This document shows, piece by piece, positions 48,321 to 63,056 of a DNA stretch of 64,000 nt. Position 1 is the stretch's first letter; each line of letters starts with the position of its first letter. The notes beneath the pieces are model-generated. The model was not told the DNA's origin and did no database searches. It saw only the letters and a program-made list of their open reading frames with translations. This stretch comes from Octopus vulgaris (Eukaryota), in the NCBI GenBank assembly GCA_951406725.2, contig OX597814.1, positions 150,040,001 through 150,104,000 on the forward strand, written 5' to 3'. The position numbers and the translations under genes are program-made.

Positions 48321-51300
48321 GAGAAAATTTGACAATGTATTTGGCTGTATAAGGAGTGAAGAGTTTAATCCTTTAGCATTTAAACCGACCATATGAGGCC
48401 CAGTTAGAAATATCAGTTACAAAACTTTTCTCAAATCACACTTTGTGGAGGCACATGGCCTAGTGGTTAGAGCAGCAGACTCATGGTCAAGGGATCGCGG
48501 GTTCAGATCTTAGACTGGGCGATGTGTGTGTTTATTAGCAAAACACCTAAGCTCCACGCGGCTCCGGCAGAAGGTAATGGCGAACTTCTGCTGACTCTTT
48601 CACCACAACTTTCTCCCACTCTTTCCTCCTGCATCTTGCAGCTCACCTGCAACGGACTGGCGTCCCATCTAGGTGGGGAACCTATACGCCAAGGAAACCG
48701 GGTAACCGGCCCCTATGAGCCAGGTATGGCTCGAAAAGAAACAAACAAAAACAGATAATCTTCCTGTTTTAGGTTCAAACTTGCCAGATCCAGCTTCATA
48801 TTTCTACTCAAAAATGTCATTCTAGAAACACACGATTATGCCATTAAAATCTTGAAGCTACAAGATTGTGCATGATTAATTCAAAATAATGTGAATAAAT
48901 CAACATTACATTTGACAGGATAATCTGAATGCAAAAAAGTTAAGCAAAGACAAACCAGGGTGATAGATAAGTGGAATTGTTAGAGTTTTAGATGACTTCC
49001 CTATTGATTCTTTGAGCTGTGGTCTAACTCTGCTACCTGGTTTTTCAATGCCTTTTGCAGAGTTTATTCTGTTGACAACATTTTGACCAAATCACCAGTT
49101 TGAGGGCAACAGCCTCCTTTCCTCCTGCTTGTCTTGGAAGCCCTGAAAATGAAAAGTTCAAGACCACCGTTCTTTACTCTTGACTAAGTGTTGAAATAGA
49201 ACAACCTAAACAACTGCTGTAGTGATTTGTGAAATTATGACCCCATTGTCAGAGGGTACATTAATTTAATACTTTGGAATGATTGTCTATAATACATGCA
49301 GAATGAATTTCATAATGTCTCGTAGAGTTTGTAGTCCTTCAAACTTCTCCTCGAACTTCTCGTGAATAAATTTAAGTTAGGATGACATACTTTAACCCTT
49401 TTGTTATCACATTTCCATTGGGATACTCTGTGTTTCTTTCAATTAATTTTAAATATAACAAAGAATTTAGTAAGATAACTTAGTTATCATTAAGCTAGTG
49501 GTAGGAACATAAATTGTGGTGGAAGATTTTAATTCAGAACTTGTGTAAACAAAACATTTGTACTACAGAACCAGAGGCGGTTTCAGGTGAGTTGGTATCA
49601 AAACGGTTAATCATACTTCATCTATTGCTAATTTTGTGCCATAGGAACTACAATTTATTTCCTGCTTCATTGAAAGAGAGCATTTTAATCATACTGCTCT
49701 TCTCATCATCATTATCCTCATTTAGTGTCCATTTTCCATGCTGGTATGGGTTGGACAGTTTGACAGGCACTGGCAGTTCACAGTGTGTACTGGATGCCTT
49801 CAACATGACACCAGCAGTGGTGATGTCACCAGTTAATTTATAAGACTAAAGCTCTTAACTGAGATGGGGTGTAGTATTGTGGAAGGTGGTTTTGTGTCAG
49901 GTAATGAGAGATTAGAATAAGGGTGGAGGTACAGAAATAGGCATCTTGCAATAAAGGAGATATATGGCTACCTCAGTTGGAGAGATAGAGAGAGAGAAGA
50001 TGGTGAAGATGTAATGGGGGGAAGGGTATGTAAATGAAGTGGGACCAAGAATTGGATAATGTGAGTGGGTGGGTAAGTTTGCAGGATTGTGAAAGAAGAG
50101 TTGGAGGTGGAGGCAATGGAATGTAACAAGTAGACAGAAATAGAGAGAGAGAGGGGGTGTGGTTTGTTAGGAGGATATGTTGGGACATAGAGGATAAATT
50201 GGGATATAGAATGGAGGAAAGGATAAACTGGGACATAGAAAGGAGGAAAATTGGGACATTGAAAGGAGGAAAATTGGGACATAGAAAGGAGGAAAATTGG
50301 GACATTGAAAGGAGGAAAGTATGGTGAGTTGTGAGCATGAGTGGAGCGAAAGAGAGAGGTGTTGGGAAAATGGAATGTGGGGGAGGGGTTTGTCTGGGAC
50401 AGTTGGTTTGTGGGTGAAGTGGGTAGTGTGTGGTGCATGGATATAAAGGACATGCTTTATGGTCTTGATTTTACTTAACCAAACAGGTCTTCTCAAGAAC
50501 AGCAAATTGCCAATTGTCTTGGTCCTTGGTCATCTCCTCTATGAAACTCGGCTTCTGAAGATCATTTTGCTGTGTGGCTGGAAAGTTTGCTTTGCAACTC
50601 TGAAGTCTGAGGTTCAGTTCAATTGTACAGCACCTTAGGCAAGTGTCTTCAGGCCAACCATGTGTGTGTGTTGAATTTTTTATAGAGTTTATGTCAATTC
50701 CATTTATAAGACATTTGTTGGTCTGATATTATTGGAAGATTTTGTTTGGTTTAAAGTAGGAGTTGTGTTTTTGATTTGATTTCATTCAAGCATAGAAATA
50801 ACTTTGCGCACATTTAGTTCTCATGACCTGAATCTGACCCACCTGAATTTCAAGGTAATAATGCCTGAAATAAGTATCTGTTCAATTTATGCCAGTGGAG
50901 AAAAATACAGATATAAAATAAATGAATGAAGCTTCACTATTCCCTATTTACTTCTGTTTTATGTTATAATAATGAATAAATGCACCCTTTTAAAACCTAG
51001 CCAGGCTCATGGGCCTGGTTTCCCGGTTTCTATGGCATATGTGTTCCCCAGCTGGACGGGACGCCAGTCCATTGCAGCATTACTCATTTTTGCCAGCTGA
51101 GTGGACTGGAGCAGCGTGAAATAAAGTGTTTTGCTCAAGAACACAACGCATCGCCTGGTCCAGGAATCGAGACCACAATCTTACGATCATGGTGCTGACA
51201 CCCTAACCACTAAGCCATGCGCCTCCACTCTGTTTTATGTTACATATCTATAATGGCACTCTGAAAGATTTGTTTTACTGTCAACCTACCAAATATTCAC

Positions 51301-53356
51301 TATCAATTTATGTTAGGTTTTCGGTGTCTTTCTTCAACTAAAAGGCATATTTTTATGAAGAATTTTCTGTATATGGCATTCAGTACATCATACTTAAACT
51401 TAAATGTCCAAATCATGCTCATGGCCCATTTGAGTTATTTCCCTTAGCTTGTTTTATTTTTATTTTACTCAAATCACTCTGACCCCAAAATATTCCTAAC
51501 TATTTTTCTGTACATAAAAATTTATCCACTGACATGCCAGTTTGGTTAGGCTTTACGATACTGATGAAAATTAATTTATTGAAGTATGTGTCCATTGTTG
51601 TTCTTGACTTGCAACCAGCCATCACACAGACCTATTCCTAATCATGGAAATTGAGAAATTTTCATCTTTCTTGTAATTATCTCCTCTTTTCTATAAGTAC
51701 AACTAGACTGATTTTTTTTCTCTAGTCAAGAAGGAAATACCAGTTAAATAAAAAGGCACTCTTTATATCCAACTTAACATGGATGTTGTGTTAGAACACT
51801 GAATACTGCATTATTTACCTCGAGAGGTCTTTTCATATGGACACATGGTAAATAAAAGCATTCATATCATTGACAGACGAGAATCGTGTCACTATTAATT
51901 ATCAGTTAACCATTTAGCATTCAAATTGCTCTGTTAAATGTAATACATATTCATTCACATTGGTTTGAATTACTCATGCATTATCTTGAAGCTTTGAGAT
52001 TTCAGTGATTGCTTATCTTATGAATGACATGTTTAGGTATAAGTGGGAGACCAGATTTGGTCAATTTGAACATAAAACAAGTAGAAAATTTGGGGCTGGA
52101 TATGGCTGGTTTAACCCTTTAGATACCAACCCACCTAAAACCACCTCTGGCTTTGTAATACAAATGTTTTGTTTTCAAAAGTTCCAAATTAAAACCTTGC
52201 ACCAAACCTTAGTCACTAATTTATATTCTTAACACTAGCTTAATGATAACTAAATTATTTCACTAAATTCTTTGTTATATTTAAAATTGACTGAAACATA
52301 GAGCATCTCACCAGAAATATGGTAACAAAAGGAAGGGTTAAATGCTAAAGGGTTAAGTAATTTTTTTTCATATGCACTGACATGACTGTGTGGTTAAGAA
52401 GTTTGCTTCCTAACAACATGGTTTCAGGTTCAGTTCCACTGTGTGGCACCTTGGCCAAGTATCTGATTTGCACTATAACCTTGGGTTGACCAAAGCCTTG
52501 TGAGTGGATTTGGTACACAGAAATTGAAAAAAGCCCATCATATGATGGATGGATGAATGGATGGATGGACGGATGGATGGACGGATGGACGGACGGACTG
52601 ATGGACGGACGGACAGACGGACGAATGGATGGACGGACGGGCGGGTGGGTGTTGGTTTGTTCACATCCACACAACATGGCTGTTCAGCAAAAGAGACTGA
52701 CAGAATAAATGCCAGACTGTAAAACCATAAGTACTGGTGCTGAATTCTTCAACTAAATCCTTTAAACTCATATCCCAGCATGGCAACAGTCCAACAACTA
52801 AGACAAACAAAAGACAAAAGTAAAAGATATAACATTCAGTATTTTACTCTACCTGAAAATTCGCTCTAAAACTTTGTCTAATTGTATTAATTTAATTATA
52901 CTGACAACAATATTAGTCTGGCTGCTTCCCTCTTGTATATATGACATTGTAATTTTTCTGTCTCTATTGTAATTATTATATCTATTGTATTGTATTAATG
53001 GTATTTCTGCTGTTCAATAATAATTTTAGTAATAGAAATTGCTACCTTAACGTGCAATTATTGAAATCCATTTGAATGTAAACAATTACGATATTACAAA
53101 GCATAATGTATTTTTCTTTCTGTAGTTATCGTCATGTTTTACATGTGTATTCTATATTTTCCATATATTTCATGTCTACATAGTTAAGATGTTTGCTTCA
53201 GGAATCACATGGTCCCGGGTTGGATTCCATTTCTTGGTGTCTTGGGCCAGTATTCTCTGCCATAACCTTGGGTTTAGTAATGCTTTGTGCGTGGAGTTTG
53301 TTAGATAGGAATTGTGTGTGTACACACTTTATGGACTGTATTTGGTGCTGGACCTG

Positions 53357-53777
53357 TGAGGTGAGCCACCAGAAACGTTAGCACGCCGGGCGAAATGCTT
53401 AGCGGTATTTCGTCTGCCGTTACGTTCTGAGTTCAAATTCCGCCGAGGTCGACTTTGCCTTTCATCCTTTCGGGGTCGATAAATTAAGTACCAGCTATGC
53501 ACTGGGGTCGATATATATATCGACTTAATCCGTTTGTCTGTCCTTGTTTGTCCCCTCTGTGTTTAGCCCCTTGTGGGTAGTAAAGAAATAGGTATTTTGT
53601 CTGCCGTTACATTCTGAGTTCAAATTCCACCGAGGTTGACTTTGCCTTTCATCCTTTTGGGGTCGATTAAATAAGTACTAGTTACGCCCTGGGGTTCGAT
53701 ATAATCGACTTAATCCCTTTGTCTGTCCTTGTTTGTCCCTTCTATGTTTAGCCCCTTGTGGGCAATAAAGAAATAAG
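53357..53777 (+). mobile_element. SINE family A, tandem dimer
   Basis: Body repeated twice (53405-53592, 53591-53777). Confidence 0.85.
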
Positions 53778-55304
53778 TAACTTGCAAGATAAGACCTCCT
53801 TAGCTGAGGGGGGGGTGTATTATTGAAGGAAGTTGCTTTAAGCCAGATGAAGAGATGTTAACTCTTTAGTATTCAGATTTTTCTGTCAAATATGATACTT
53901 ATTTATTAACTTTGTTTTGAATAAATTAAACATTATCTTGTAGCTTTTGAGATTTTGATGATGTAAACACTTATTTTTTAGAGTGACATAGTAGGGTAGG
54001 TGTGAGTGGCCAGATCTGGCTAGTTTCAACATAAAACAAGAAGAATAGTTTGACCGGATATGGCCAGTTTGAATGCTAAGGGGTTAAAGTTGATAGAGAC
54101 ACAGGAACTGAGGGGATACATGGGTACCCTAGTTGGAACAGAGAGAAGAGATGTAAGAGAGAGAGAGAGAGAGAGAGAGAGGGTAAAAGAATGAGAGAGA
54201 GAAAGAGAGGGTAAAAGAATGAGAGAGAGAGTAAAAGAATGAGAGAGAGAGAGAAGGGGAGATAGTGGGAGAGGAAGAGAGAAGATTGTTGTGAAGAGGT
54301 GTCAGGACACACCTTGAAGTTACAGGGTGGTGAATTATAAGCAAAGTGGTACTGGGGGTTGGATAGGGTGAATGGGCAGGTAATTTTGCAAGAGTGAAAG
54401 GAGAGTGGAAGATGGTGGGGTGGATATGGTGAGTGGTGAGCATGGATGGAGGGAGGGATTGTTAGTAAGATGTGTTGTGGAGGTGGGGTGGGATGGGGGC
54501 TTAAATAAATCGGTGCCTTCAAAGGGAATCGTTTCTAATAAATATTCTGCCCATGCTACCCCATCAATCCCCTGTCATCCTTGCCATTATAAAGGTTGTA
54601 AACCATTAATTCTTTTGTTGAAACCTCGAACCATTCATGCTATTGCTCATATGATATTAAATAGAATAGTATTAATACAGAGTAAAAGGTAGTGAACTAG
54701 CAGAATTGTTATCATGCTAAGCGAAATGCTTTACTGTATTTCATCTGTTTTTATGTTCTGAGTTCAAATCCACCGAGGCTGACTTTGCCTTTCATTCTTT
54801 TGGGAACAGTAAGTAAAATAAGTGCCAGATGAGTACTTGCATCAATGTAATTGACTTACTCATTGCCATGAAATTGCTGGCCTTGTGCCAAAATTTGAAA
54901 TTAATATTAATTCAAAGAAAAACATGTTTATATCATCATCATCCTCATCATCATTTAACGTCCATTTTCCATGCTAGCATGGGTTAGTCTGATCTGGCAG
55001 TGTTTCTACAGCTGGATGCCCTTCCTAATGCCAACCACTCCATGAGTGCAGTGGGTGCTTTTTACGTGCCACCGGCACAGGGGCCAAAGGAGGCTGGCAA
55101 ACGGCCACGATTGGTTGCTGCTTTTACGTATCACCGACACAGACGCCAGTCAGGTGGCACTGGCATCTGCCATGTTCGGACGGTGCTTTTTACGTGTCAC
55201 CGGCACGAGTATCTTAACTACAATTTCCATTTGATTTTCATTTTGATGTTGATGTTGACATACTTGACTCAATTATTTTTCTAAAATTTTTTTTTCTCCA
55301 ACAG

Positions 55305-55421
55305 AAACTGAAAACTTTAATTCTTGGTTCACCAAATTCCCAGTTTAGTCAAGAATGGGCAAAGCAAAACTTGGAATTCTGTTCACTGCCAAAGTTACAG
55401 TATGGTATAGTACAGAAAAAG
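55305..55421 (+). CDS. MINDY4: MINDY4 coding exon (start of MINDY catalytic domain)
   Basis: ttctccaacag|AAA...AAG|gtatag, 117 nt, phase 0/0. KLKTLILGSPNSQFSQEWAKQNLEFCSLPKLQYGIVQKK carries the MINDY3/4 EW..Q and YGIVQ motifs. Confidence 0.95.
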
Positions 55422-56829
55422 GTATAGTCAAATTATTTTGTAACTATATGTATATGTATGTGTGTGTGTGTTTGTGTGTCTGTGTTTGTCCCCCCAACAT
55501 CACTTGACAACCGATGCTGGTGTGTTTCCATCCCTGTAACTTAGCAGTTCAGCAAAAGAGACCGATAGAATAAGTACTAGGCTTACAAAGAATAAGTCCT
55601 GGGGGTCGATTTGCCCGACTAAAGGCGGTACTCCAGCATGGCCACAGGCAAATGACTGAAACAAGTAAAAGAGTAAAAGAGTATGAAAAACTTCTGCTAA
55701 GAGTATTTCATCTTATTTGTGGACATCTATGGTTATTTAGACTTTGTAAATATCTAGAAATATATTAAAAAAAAAAAAAAAATAATTAATGAAATGGCGT
55801 TAGGAAGGGTATCCAACTATAGAAACTACACTACAACAGACATATCGGGTCTGGACAGCTCCCTGCTGGTCAGTTCTTTGTCAAACTGTCCAACCCATGC
55901 CACCATGGAGAATGGACATTAAATGATGATGATGATGTTGATGATGCTTTCTTTAAATAAGTATGGTGTTGGGTCCCTACAAGGAATGTTGAAGAGATTG
56001 TTGTATAAACCAAGACCAATCCTAATTAGCTATGACCATGTTATAGCTTCTATTTTTTTAATGGTAAGCAAGTGATTTGTGAGAGATTTGATTGCTATTT
56101 CTAATGTATCATTCAGCCATATCAATGCACCCTTGAGGAAGAGATCATATGTAGGTTTATTGAATAAATTATATCTAGGGTTTCTGTCGGAACTGTATGT
56201 ATAGTTTTTTATTCTTTTATTTGTTTCAGTCATTTGACTGCAGTCATGCTGGAGCACTGCCTTTAGTTGAACAAATCGACCCCAGGACTTATTCTTTGTA
56301 AGCCTAGTACTTATTCGATTGGTCTCCTGTACCAAACCGTTAAGTTACAAGGACATAAACACACCCAACATCAGTTGTCAAGCGATGGTGGGGAGACAAA
56401 CACAGACACACAGCTACATATATCTATGTATATATGATGGGCTTCTTTCAGTTTCCGTCTACCAAATCCACCCACAAGGCTTTGGTTGGCCCGAGGCTAT
56501 AGTAGAAGACACTTGCCCAAGGTGCCATGCAGTGGGACTGAACCTAGAACCATGTGGTTGGGAAGCAAGCTTCTTACCACACAGCCACTCTTGTGCCTGT
56601 GTTCATGTTTTTCTATTCTTATCTAAATATGTTAAAAGAATCTTATCTAGCTGTTTTGAAGGACTCTTATCTAGCTAGGTTAATAGGGTGTTATCTATGT
56701 TTGCTGAATATGCTATATCTAAGGATTCCATAAGGGCTGTATGTTTGCTCATGGATTTTATCTAAATATGTTAAAAGGGTCTTATCTAGATATATTACTG
56801 GGGTCTTAACCAGTTGTATTGAAGAGGTT

Positions 56830-56995
56830 AGGCGTAGGAGTGACTGTGTGGAAAGTAGCTTGCTTAACAACCACATGGTTCTGGGTTCAGTCCCACTGTG
56901 TGGCACTTTGGGCAAGTGTTTTCTACTAAAGCCTCGGGCCGACCAAAGCCTTCTGAGTGGATCTGGTAGACGGAAACTGAAAGAAGCCCATTGTA

Positions 56996-57045
<50 letters not shown>

Positions 57046-57097
57046 GTATATGTATGTGTATATATATATATATATATATACACATACATACATATAC

Positions 57098-57169
<72 letters not shown>

Positions 57170-57423
57170 ATGTCTGTATGCATGTATATATGTGTGTGTG
57201 TATATGTTTGTGTGTTTGTGTTTGTCCCCACCAGCATCGCTTGACAACCGATGCTGGTGCGTTTACGTCCCCGTAACTTAGTGGTTCGGCAAGAGACTGA
57301 TTGAATAAGTACTAGGCTTACAAAGAATTAGTCCTGGGGTCGATTTGCTCGACCTAAGGCGATGCTCCAGCATGGCCGCAGTCAAATGACTGAAACAAGT
57401 AAAAGAGTAAAAGAGAGTAAAGA
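56830..57423 (+). mobile_element. Full-length SINE family D with internal (TA)/(TG) microsatellite
   Basis: ggcgtaggagtgactgtgtgg...gggttcagtcccactg head and (gtaaaaga)n tail. Confidence 0.85.
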
Positions 57424-58681
57424 GTATATACCAATGGATCATATCTATGTATAGCTTATGGGTCATATCTCTGTCTTCCAAGGAGTTCATATCTAGCTAA
57501 CCTGAAGGAATTATGTCAGAGGATGGTGGTGGAATCATATTCAGACTTGTAAGTTACTGTATCTAAGCATACTGATAGGTTCATGCCTGGGTATCCTGAA
57601 CAGGAAATGTTCAAGTGAGTCGATAAGTTGGAACTCCATCAATTCTATGAGTGGCTGCGTGGCAGAAAGTTTGCTTCCCATCGGTTCGGTTCTGGGTTTA
57701 GTCCCACTGTGTGGCACTGTGTGAAAGGTGTCTTCTACTATAGCCTCAGGCAAACCAAAGCCTTCTGAGTTGATTTGTTAGATGGAGGCTGAAAGCAGCC
57801 CATTATGTGTGTGTGTGTGTGTTTGTCCCCCACCACTTGGCAACCTGTGTTGGTGTGTTTACCTTCCTGTAACCTAGTAGTTCAGCAAAAGAAGACTGGT
57901 AGAATAAGTATCATGTTCTAAAAAAGATTAGTACTGGGGTTTATTCATTTGACTAAATAATTTTCCAAGGTGCTGCCCTAGCATGGCTGCAGTCTAATGA
58001 CTGAAACAAGTAAAAGATAAAAAAATAACTACTCCTAGCAGCACATGCTGTCTATCTTTGACTCATTGGGAACTGGTAGGTGGGGGGACTACTGCAACCA
58101 TCCACTAAGACATGTCCCTCCACATCACTTCACAACCAAAACTCACAGCTCAAAGTCTCCTGAATGATTCACATTCACTCAAGCAGAGGACGTGGCCTAA
58201 AGTATATGGAGAAAATCACCCAAATTCTTCAGACAAGATGGCTTTTACCCAGCATTAAAAACTCCTGCAAAACCATCATCTGGGTTGTAAAGATGACTCT
58301 ATGTATCATACATTTCACAACCTCACTACACTCACGGAGTGGTTGGTGTTAGGAAGGGTATCCAGCTGTAGAAACACTGCCAGATCAGACTGGAGCCTGG
58401 CGCAGCCTCCTAGCTTCCCAGACCCCGATCGAACCGTCCAACCCATGCTGGCATGGAAAACAGACGTTAAACGATGATGATGATGATGATGATGACATCA
58501 GGAGTGACTTTATCTAAATGCATAGGTGTAACTATATCTGCCCATTCAGGTATGAAGTGATGGGGATTAAATATCCATGTTCAAGTTTATATATTTTAGG
58601 TGAGACTGTCTAGATACCCACATGTGACTAAACACACACAAATCCTAATTTAATGTTTCTTGTTCTGTTACTATATAACAG

Positions 58682-58770
58682 GGTGGACCATGTGGTGTTT
58701 TGGCTGCCGTTCAGGCTTATGTCTTATTGGAAATGTTGTTTGGTGAAGACAAAGTAAATACTGACTCAAG
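58682..58770 (+). CDS. MINDY4: MINDY4 coding exon with catalytic cysteine
   Basis: tataacag|GGT GGA CCA TGT...TCA AG|gtaata; GGPCGVLAAVQAYVLLEMLFGEDKVNTDS. An alternative donor is possible at 58754 (aaa|gtaaat). Confidence 0.93.
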
Positions 58771-61700
58771 GTAATAATGGAATCTATTATCTGGAATTCT
58801 TTTTCACTATCTTTTACATCTCTCTCTCTTTCCCCTCTCTCTCTCTCTCTTATTGTCACTTTCTCTCACTCTTACTGTCCTCTCCTTTCTTTCATATCTC
58901 AACTCTTCCTCACAGCTTCTGTCTCTCATACTTATTCTCCCACTTTCATGTTCTCTCTCCATCCCCCTCTTGCTGGCTCCCTCCTTCCTTTTTCTCATCC
59001 ACCTGTCTTTCTTTCCACCCCTTTTGTCCTTATTTTAACAATCTTGTCTTTAAGTTTATTGCTTTATTTTTCTTGTTATTTTTTGTTGTGTTGTTTTGAG
59101 CCCCAGCTCAGCTTTGTTTAAGCAGACTTATTATCAATAGCATGTTAAAAATATATATTTCTTTACTACCCACAAGGGGCTAAACACAGAGGGGACAAAC
59201 AAGGACAGACCAAGGGATTAAGTCGATTACATCGACCCCAGTGCGTAACTGGTGCTTAATTTATCGACCCCTAAAGGATGAAAGGCAAAGTCAACCTCGG
59301 CGGAATTTGAACTCGGAAAGTAACAACAGACGAAATACAGCTACGCATTTCGCCCGGCGTGCTAATGTTTCTACCAGTTGACCAATAGCATTCCACCAAT
59401 GGCCATTCCATCTTTTTGTGTACACAGGATTATTGTACAATGTGTTCTTCCATTTTACCTTCTTCAGATAGTCATCATTTAGGGGACATTAAGCTGTAGG
59501 GGACACTAACCAGTCATATAACCTCATGCAGGCTCCTTTATTTTATTGCCTCATTATTTTTGTTTTATCATACTACATCATACAAATACACTTTCTCATC
59601 TGAGCAAACAAGGGAGCAAGCCGCTATGTGGTCACTCCACCTGCTGGAAATAGCAGCCAGTCATTTTTCAAAATCACATTTGAAATTAAATAAGTAAATC
59701 TTAAATGAAATTAGGATACAATGGACAATATAGTCACTGATATAACAAAAAGTCAGGATTGTCATGACTAGGACGTCTTTATTTTTTTTTCATAGGTCTG
59801 CTTAATGTAGGTCTGACTTGGGTTAAAACAGCACTTATGCCATTTTCTCATGTTTAGACTGTTATCATGCATACACACATTCCAGGCCAAATTCACAACA
59901 TTCATTCCCTATAAAATTATTCCCCCACCATCTTACTTCTGTCTTTACCACTACTATAAATCTTCTCTCGGTGTCTTTTTTTTTGTTATATTTCCTTTTT
60001 TTATTGTTTCTTTCTTTTCTTTTCTTTCTTTATTTTTTTTATAATTTTGTCTTCGAATTTCTAATATCAGGTATATAACACTAAATATTTTTGATGAGTG
60101 GGATATAGGCAATTTTCGTACACTCTCATATTGCAAGGGAGATTACTGTGTTATGTATCATGCTATGGCTAAATATCGGGTGAGCTTTATAATTCTGAAT
60201 TTTTAAGAACCAATGCTTACTGTTATAATAAAAGTAACAATCAATTATTCATCTTCACGATCATAATCATTTAGCATCCACATTTCCATACTTTCATTGG
60301 GTGGACAGGATTTGTTAAGGAAGCTTTTCTACAGTTAGATGCCTTTCCTGCTGCCAACTCTCATCTCTTTCAAAGCAAGATAATATTTCTTGCGCCCAGA
60401 CATGTTTTTATGGAAAACTAGAAATGAATAACATTGCTTCTATGACAGTGATGCTTGCTTACAGTCATCGTATAATGTCAAGTCAAGGGTACAACACACG
60501 TGTTTGTGTGTGTGTGTATGTGAAGGCACATAGCTCAGTGGTTAGAGCGTCAAGCTTACGATCATGAGGTTGTGAGCTCGAATCCCGGACCGGGCTGCAT
60601 GTTGTGTTCTTGAGCAAGACACTTTATTACACGTTGCTCCAGTTCACTCAGCTGTAGAAATGAGTTGCGACGTCACAGGTGCCAAGCTGTATCGGCCTTT
60701 GTCTTTCCCTTGGATAACACTGGAGGCGTGGAGAGGGGAGGCCAGTATGTATGGGTGACTGCTGGTCTTCCATATACAGTCTTGCCCGGACTTGTACCTG
60801 GGAGGGTAACTTTCTAGGTGCAATCCCATGGTCTGTGTCGTCACCGAAGGGGGTCTCATATATATATATAATTATATATACACAAACACACACACACACA
60901 TATATATATGTATATGCCAGTAGCACCTGACTGGCCCTCATGCCAGTGGCACATAAAAAGCACCACACTCTCAGAGTGGTTGGCATTAGGAAGGGCATCC
61001 AGTAGAAGAAACCTGGTGCAGTTTTCTGGCTTGCAAGTCCTCATTCAAACCGTCCAACTCATGCCAGCATGGAAAGTGGACGTTAAATGATAAAGATGAT
61101 GATGATGATGATGATACTCATATATATATATATATAAATGGCAAGTCCCTTTTGGTTTCCATGATAAGCTCAGGGCTGTAGAAAATGAAAATATTTGCCC
61201 AAGGTGCTATGCTGTGAGATTAAGCCCTAGGCCACTTGACTGGGAAGCAAGCCACTCAACTTCACAGCCATTATCGGTTCCATTGTGAAATTATCTTTAC
61301 TTGAAATATTTTCTAATAAAGACATAAAAATTATTTTCATTTTCATATTTGTTATAGTGGAAGTAATCATTTACTTTGCTTAATGTATTTTCCAAGCCCC
61401 CATTTTATTTAGGCTTTATATTAAAAACTTAAGAATTACTTTGTGTAATGTATGTGTGTGTGTGTGTGTTTAATTGAAATTAGAGCCTACATCTGAGATA
61501 AGCTGTGTTGTTATTTACACTGTATACTACTTTCAGAGGTGTTTAACGCAGTAACCTCCCTTATGATGTGAAATAAGTATGACAACCACCGAGTTGAACC
61601 TGTAGCACATGACTGGTTTGATTTCATCAATATAGTTAGAGGTGGTAAAAGCAGAATTGACTGAAATGTAATAGGAACTCAGAAACAGAGAAGGGAGAAA

Positions 61701-61960
61701 AATAACTTTGCCTCAAGCTCCATTCTGCACTTAACAAAATTCCTCCCAAACTCATCTCCAAATGCTTATTCTCACAGTTGTGTCCTCTCAGTTATCATGT
61801 GTAAAATGTCATTGAGACTATCCCAATTAATTATTCCTTTTCTACTATTGACACAAGGCCTGCAGTTTTGGTGGAAGGGTATTGTCAATTACCTCAACCT
61901 CAATGCTGAATGGTTTTATTTCAGAGATTCCCTTTTTGTCGATGGATTATCTTCACTGTG

Positions 61961-62176
61961 GCGGCGAGCTGGCAGAAACGTTAGTACACCAGGCGAAATG
62001 CGTAGCCGTATTTCGTCTGCAGTTACGTTCTGAGTTCAAATTCCGCCGGGGTCGACTTTGCCTTTCATCCTTTCGGGGTCGATAAATTAAGTACCAGTTA
62101 TGCACTTGGGTCGATGTAATCGACTTAATCTGTTTGTCCTCTCTTTGTTTAGCCCCTTGTGGGTAGTAAAGAAATA
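61961..62176 (+). mobile_element. Young SINE family A copy with 17-bp TSD
   Basis: TSD ggattatcttcactgtg at 61944-61960 and 62177-62193. Confidence 0.92.
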
Positions 62177-62418
62177 GGATTATCTTCACTGTGACTGTGG
62201 TGAACACAATCGACTCTTGACTATATTGGATAGCCATTGATTCTTCTGAGCTCTTCTGTCCCTTGTCAGATCATGTTTTACATTGCACAGGGTATCCAAA
62301 ATCACCCTCCCCACCAAGCTTGCTTGGTAGGGTTGTCAGTTTAGTCACTGATGATCCAACCATGCAACAGGTTGTACTGGGTTACATGTTACCAGTAGTG
62401 CTAAAGTAACCTGACATA

Positions 62419-62453
<35 letters not shown>

Positions 62454-62672
62454 ATCATCATCATCATCATCGTTTAACGTCCGCTTTCCATGCTAGCATG
62501 GTTTGGACAATATGATTGAGGGCTGGCGAACCAGATGGTTACACCAGGCTCCATTCTTGATCTGGCAGAATTTCTACAGCTGGATGTCCTTCCTAACGCC
62601 AACCACTCCGAGAGTGTAGTGGGTGCTTTTATGTGTCACCAGCACAGGGGCCATTCAGGCGGTACTGGCAAC

Positions 62673-62714
<42 letters not shown>

Positions 62715-63002
62715 TGTATCTGTTTAGGTATTAATAGATGTGTGCATGCATACATGCAGACATACATTTACACACACCCATGCATGCACACACGCATGCA
62801 CATGTATGTTTGAATGTGACTGATTGTTTGTGCCTCCTCATCTTGACATTGAATTATAGCTGTAAATGAATATCACCACCCTACAAGCAGCGTAATTCAT
62901 TTTCCAATCTTCCAGGTTCTATGCTCTTATTCTTGGTACTTGTGAGTATACCCTAGCACTACACCATCTCTCTTCTGTTCTGTCTTACACTTTTGCTGTT
63001 TC

Positions 63003-63056
<54 letters not shown>

